DNA of 64,000 nucleotides from Nitrospiraceae bacterium (lineage in GTDB: Bacteria; Nitrospirota; Thermodesulfovibrionia; UBA6902), in assembly GCA_003599425.1 (NCBI GenBank), contig QZKC01000068.1, forward strand, positions 11,667-75,666. Direction: 5' to 3'. A model generated the notes under the pieces. It was not told the DNA's origin. It saw nothing but the letters and a program-made list of their open reading frames with translations, and did no database searches. The number at the start of each line of letters is the position of its first letter. The stretch's first letter is position 1. A program made the position numbers and the translations under genes. Of the stretch, positions 61,112 to 64,000 are shown piece by piece.

Positions 61112-61311
61112 CCCTACGTACCTCCTTCTCTATTTCACGGATCGTTAGAATACTGCATAAATAGCAAAACCATTATACCCCACGTAATGCGTCTTGACAA
61201 CTGATCATTTCTTTATGATTTCACGCCATAAGGTGCTCCACTTTTTAGCATCAACCCTGGAAAAATGTTAAAGTGTTCTGACATGATAGTCAAAAATAAT
61301 TTAGTTTTTCT

Positions 61312-61810
61312 ATGCAAAAAAACAGCTCTACAGATAAAAATAAAATCATTCAGGAGTGTTATGACCGTTCAATCAACCTGCTGAAGAACAACTCCCATGC
61401 TTCAGGCATTATTGCATGCGCACGGTCCGAAAAGGCTGTTGGAAGACATTATGCGAGTATCTTTGGAAGGGATGCAGCGATTTGTTCCCTGGGAATGATC
61501 GCTTCAGGCGACGTGGAGGCACTACATGCAGCGCCACCGGCAGAACTTTCCTCATCAATATCATAATGGCGGCATATGGCCTTTTACAGGAGGATTCTGG
61601 GTCATGCTACTTGCACAATTAAAACGGAATCAACTGGCATGAAAAGAACTCGAACAGTTTGCAGAAGCTAACAGCCTCAACAACTGGGAGTTTAATGAGT
61701 GGCTGCATGGGAAGACCGGGAAGCCCATGGGAATGCCCGGACAGTCCTGGAATGCAGCGATGTTTGTTCTGGCATACCATACGCTTAAGGAGAACCTCAA
61801 GGTATTCTGA
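61312..61810 (+). pseudogene. Glycoside hydrolase (GH100 / amylo-alpha-1,6-glucosidase-like) pseudogene
   Basis: N-terminal Y..IFGRDAAIC..G joined at about 61512 in another frame to C-terminal WRHYM..QYHNGGIWPF..FNEWLHG..G.PMG..QSWNA; extra TGA at 61640-61642. Confidence 0.85.
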
Positions 61811-61845
61811 TAACGATTTAGCAGTGCCGTACCTGCCTGCCTTAC

Positions 61846-61877
61846 CTCTGTGCCTTTGCTCCTTTGTGCCTGTGTGC
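61846..61877. repeat. Degenerate 8-mer tandem repeat
   Basis: ctctgtgc ctttgctc ctttgtgc ctgtgtgc. Confidence 0.7.
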
Positions 61878-61895
61878 CTTCCTCTTTATGTGCCA

Positions 61896-61913
61896 TGTCA
61901 CAGCAGTGTGACA
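61896..61913. promoter_or_regulatory. Palindromic enhancer-like site
   Basis: TGTCACA-gcag-TGTGACA about 95 bp upstream of a sigma54-like motif. Confidence 0.55.
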
Positions 61914-62006
61914 GTAAGTGATTGTGCCAGACAGCATATTCAAGAAATTTGATTTTCCAACCTCCTGATTTATCACTATAAAATCATTGCTTCAAGCCGC
62001 TACCAC

Positions 62007-62021
62007 TGGCATAAAAATTGA
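62007..62021 (+). promoter_or_regulatory. sigma54-like promoter (TTGA variant at -12)
   Basis: TGGCATAAAAATTGA upstream of the Cys-rich/PEP-CTERM unit. Confidence 0.55.
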
Positions 62022-62048
62022 TATTAATCCTTGTTGATAAACAAATAT

Positions 62049-62213
62049 ATGCTTCTTCAAGTGTTAGAAAAAAGAATCTGTCCATATGTAGAGGAGCCTT
62101 TTGCTGAATGTTTTTGCTTCAGAATGGACAGTCAGGATATAGAAAAAGCAATTTTCTATTGCAGCAACAACTATTCGTTGTGCGAACTTTACCGAACAAA
62201 GAATCTATCGTGA
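62049..62213 (+). CDS. 54-aa Cys-rich protein
   Basis: CPY..EP..EC.C....S....AI.YC...Y..CELY; its stop overlaps the next start (GTGA). Confidence 0.7.
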   Translation: MLLQVLEKRICPYVEEPFAECFCFRMDSQDIEKAIFYCSNNYSLCELYRTKNLS

Positions 62214-62932
62214 GTACTAAGCTTCAAGTCATCATTTTATCAGCACTTCTGTTTCTTCTGGCTGCTTCAGCACATGCAGGCTTTTACGGAGAAAGCATAT
62301 CACTTGCAGACCTCACCGGTTCCAGGACTTTTTCATCTTCCAACTGTTCTTCTCCCTCGGGGGAATTGGGCGGATGCTGGCCCTACTCTTTTACCATTCA
62401 ATGGAATATCTCTCAGGATCTTTCAACATCATCCTGGGCTTATTCATATTCTCTTTCAACATCGAAAAAAAGCATTTCTCATTTCATCCTTGAAACTTCC
62501 AGCTCATCTGATATCATGAGCTCCATCTTTGATATCATGATAAATGGCAAGTCTGCAAAGATTGAAGGCCCGGATATATGGGGCAGCCACCAGGGCAATA
62601 GTAATCCCGGGTTGACCACTGACTTTTACGGGATCAAGTTTGATTCCGGAGGACTGAATACCACTTATTCTTTTACGAGCACGAAGGACCCGGTGTGGGG
62701 AAATTTCTACGCAAAAAGCGGAAAAGACAAAGACAACGGCTGGATATATACATACAATAATGCCCTCGGCACATCAGGTTTTGACAGCAGCAACCCCATT
62801 GATTTCATACCGCGTCCCAATGGGGGCAGCAATCCCCCGGTAGTTCCTGAGCCGGTAAGCTCAGTCCTCTTTATTGCAGGCGGGATCATTTTCCTGGCAA
62901 AACGATTCGTTTTGAAAAAAAAGCAGCGCTAA
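62210..62932 (+). CDS. PEP-CTERM sorting-domain protein
   Basis: GTG start at 62210, signal peptide ending AHA, Ser/Gly-rich body, VVPEP + TM + KRFVLKKKQR. Confidence 0.9.
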   Translation: MSTKLQVIILSALLFLLAASAHAGFYGESISLADLTGSRTFSSSNCSSPSGELGGCWPYSFTIQWNISQDLSTSSWAYSYSLSTSKKSISHFILETSSSSDIMSSIFDIMINGKSAKIEGPDIWGSHQGNSNPGLTTDFYGIKFDSGGLNTTYSFTSTKDPVWGNFYAKSGKDKDNGWIYTYNNALGTSGFDSSNPIDFIPRPNGGSNPPVVPEPVSSVLFIAGGIIFLAKRFVLKKKQR

Positions 62933-62956
62933 CCCTTCCTGTGCATCTCATAACCT

Positions 62957-63422
62957 CTACTCAGTAACCGCGTCAAAGACGATAATTTTATCATGGGGGA
63001 ATGTCATAAAGGCCCTGCCTCCTGCTTTCACTCCGCTGCCCGGTTCAGACATGCCCTTCATATTCACTCCTTTCCACACAAAATCCACCCAGTTGAATGA
63101 ACCGGCCGGTTCCACCACAGAGACAGTTACTTCAAATTCATCTTTCGTATTGTTACTGTGTATGAACACATCTTCCGGCCTGATGCCTATTATCAGCTTC
63201 TTTGTCTGAATACTCTTCAATTCAGGCGACGTCATGATCCCGTTACAGTTAATTTTAAATGTTTCATTACTGTGTACTTCAGCCGGGATAAAATTCATGG
63301 GAGGGCTCCCGATGAAACCCGCAACAAATATATTTGCCGGTGAGATAAACTTCCGAGGGACGGTCGCACTGCTGTATTTCGCCTTCATTCAGAACTGCAA
63401 CCCTGTCCGAAAGGCTCATCGC
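62957..63422 (-). pseudogene. C-terminal remnant of a MalK-like sugar ABC ATPase with a frameshift
   Basis: AMSLSDRVAVLNEGEIQQCDRPSEVYL in one frame, frameshift at about 63341, then PANIFVAGFIGSPPMNF..GIRPED and a TOBE domain; no Walker motifs. Confidence 0.85.
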
Positions 63423-64000
63423 CCTTTCTGCACAATTCCTGTATTTGCCGCTCCGGCAAGAAGGCTTACCATGCCTATCGCTGCAAATATATCCCTGCTC
63501 AGGCCGAATATGCTGCCGAATGCATTTCCCGCTGTCGTGCCCACAAAAAATATAGGCGTCACTATTCCTCCGCTTCCGCCAAAACCGAGCGTTATGGAAG
63601 TGAACAGCATTTTCAGGAGAAAAGCCCCTGCCGGAACATCACCTCCCTCAAGAGATGTCTTGATGGTGTCAAGCCCCAGTCCCAGATATCTCGGGGAAAA
63701 TACCAGGGCGAGTATTACCAGGACAGCGCCTCCCCAAAAAGCCTTTTTCAGCTCATGCCAGGCGATCTTTTTGGCAAACCATTCTATCAGGTGCAGGGTC
63801 TCGATAAGCAGCAGAGAACATATCCCGAAGAACACGCCGCTCAGGCACACACGAATAAAATATACGCTCGTGAAGTTGGGAATAAAATACAGAGGCTCGC
63901 TGAAATACGTTACCCCCATTGCAGAGGATACCTGATACCCAACTATACCGGCAACAAATGACGGCAGGAGCACTTCATACAGAAGCCCGCCGACAAAGAG
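63416..64000 (-). pseudogene. CLC chloride channel family gene, 3'-truncated (5' part outside the window)
   Basis: YLGLG, GGSGGIVTPIFFVG, LAGAANT, then homology breaks at about 63440 and a stop follows after 7 codons. Confidence 0.75.

Noticed and set aside
61640..61642. In-frame TGA as a second selenocysteine
   Set aside because: The context (LA*KELE) fits Trp rather than Cys, no SECIS-like hairpin was seen, and the gene is already broken by a deletion.
5613..61877. Short tandem repeats as CRISPR arrays
   Set aside because: Units are 7-10 nt with no spacers, and no cas genes are present.
62957..63388. 143-aa ORF as an intact gene
   Set aside because: Its first ~16 residues are an off-frame reading of a MalK remnant upstream of a frameshift.
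59761..64000. IS element or prophage as the cause of the decay
   Set aside because: No transposase, integrase, terminal inverted repeats or phage genes were recognised in the window.

Overview
Bacterial chromosomal window. Gene content and protein style suggest an anaerobic Nitrospirota (Thermodesulfovibrionia-like) or Desulfobacterota-like organism; this is inferred, not searched. 1-12 kb holds a sigma54-driven secreted AMIN-like/TPR protein, a selenocysteine peroxiredoxin (in-frame TGA plus SECIS-like hairpin, split by the ORF track), a lipid kinase, bioW-bioB, acylphosphatase, a flavodiiron protein and a DUF362/NapGH-like pair. 12-46 kb is a large flagellar cluster (fliL-fliA, flgF-flgL, csrA-fliW, fliK-flgD-flgE). 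An oppositely oriented diguanylate cyclase and chemotaxis operon interrupt it; that operon encodes a CheW-CheZ fusion and a CheA apparently lacking P2. 46-48 kb has two paralogous secreted proteins, one with a PEP-CTERM tail. 48-61 kb is an osmolyte/alpha-glucan/ion-transport block (treY, treZ, glgB, maltokinase, glucosylglycerate-synthase-like GT, MscS-like protein, antiporters). 60-64 kb is a decayed zone of deletion-fused pseudogenes around an intact small Cys-rich protein + PEP-CTERM unit. The sigma54/sigma28 promoter hierarchy can be read from the sequence. Degenerate 7-nt tandem repeats sit at flagellar gene junctions and inside signal peptides. No rRNA, tRNA, CRISPR array or transposase was recognised.
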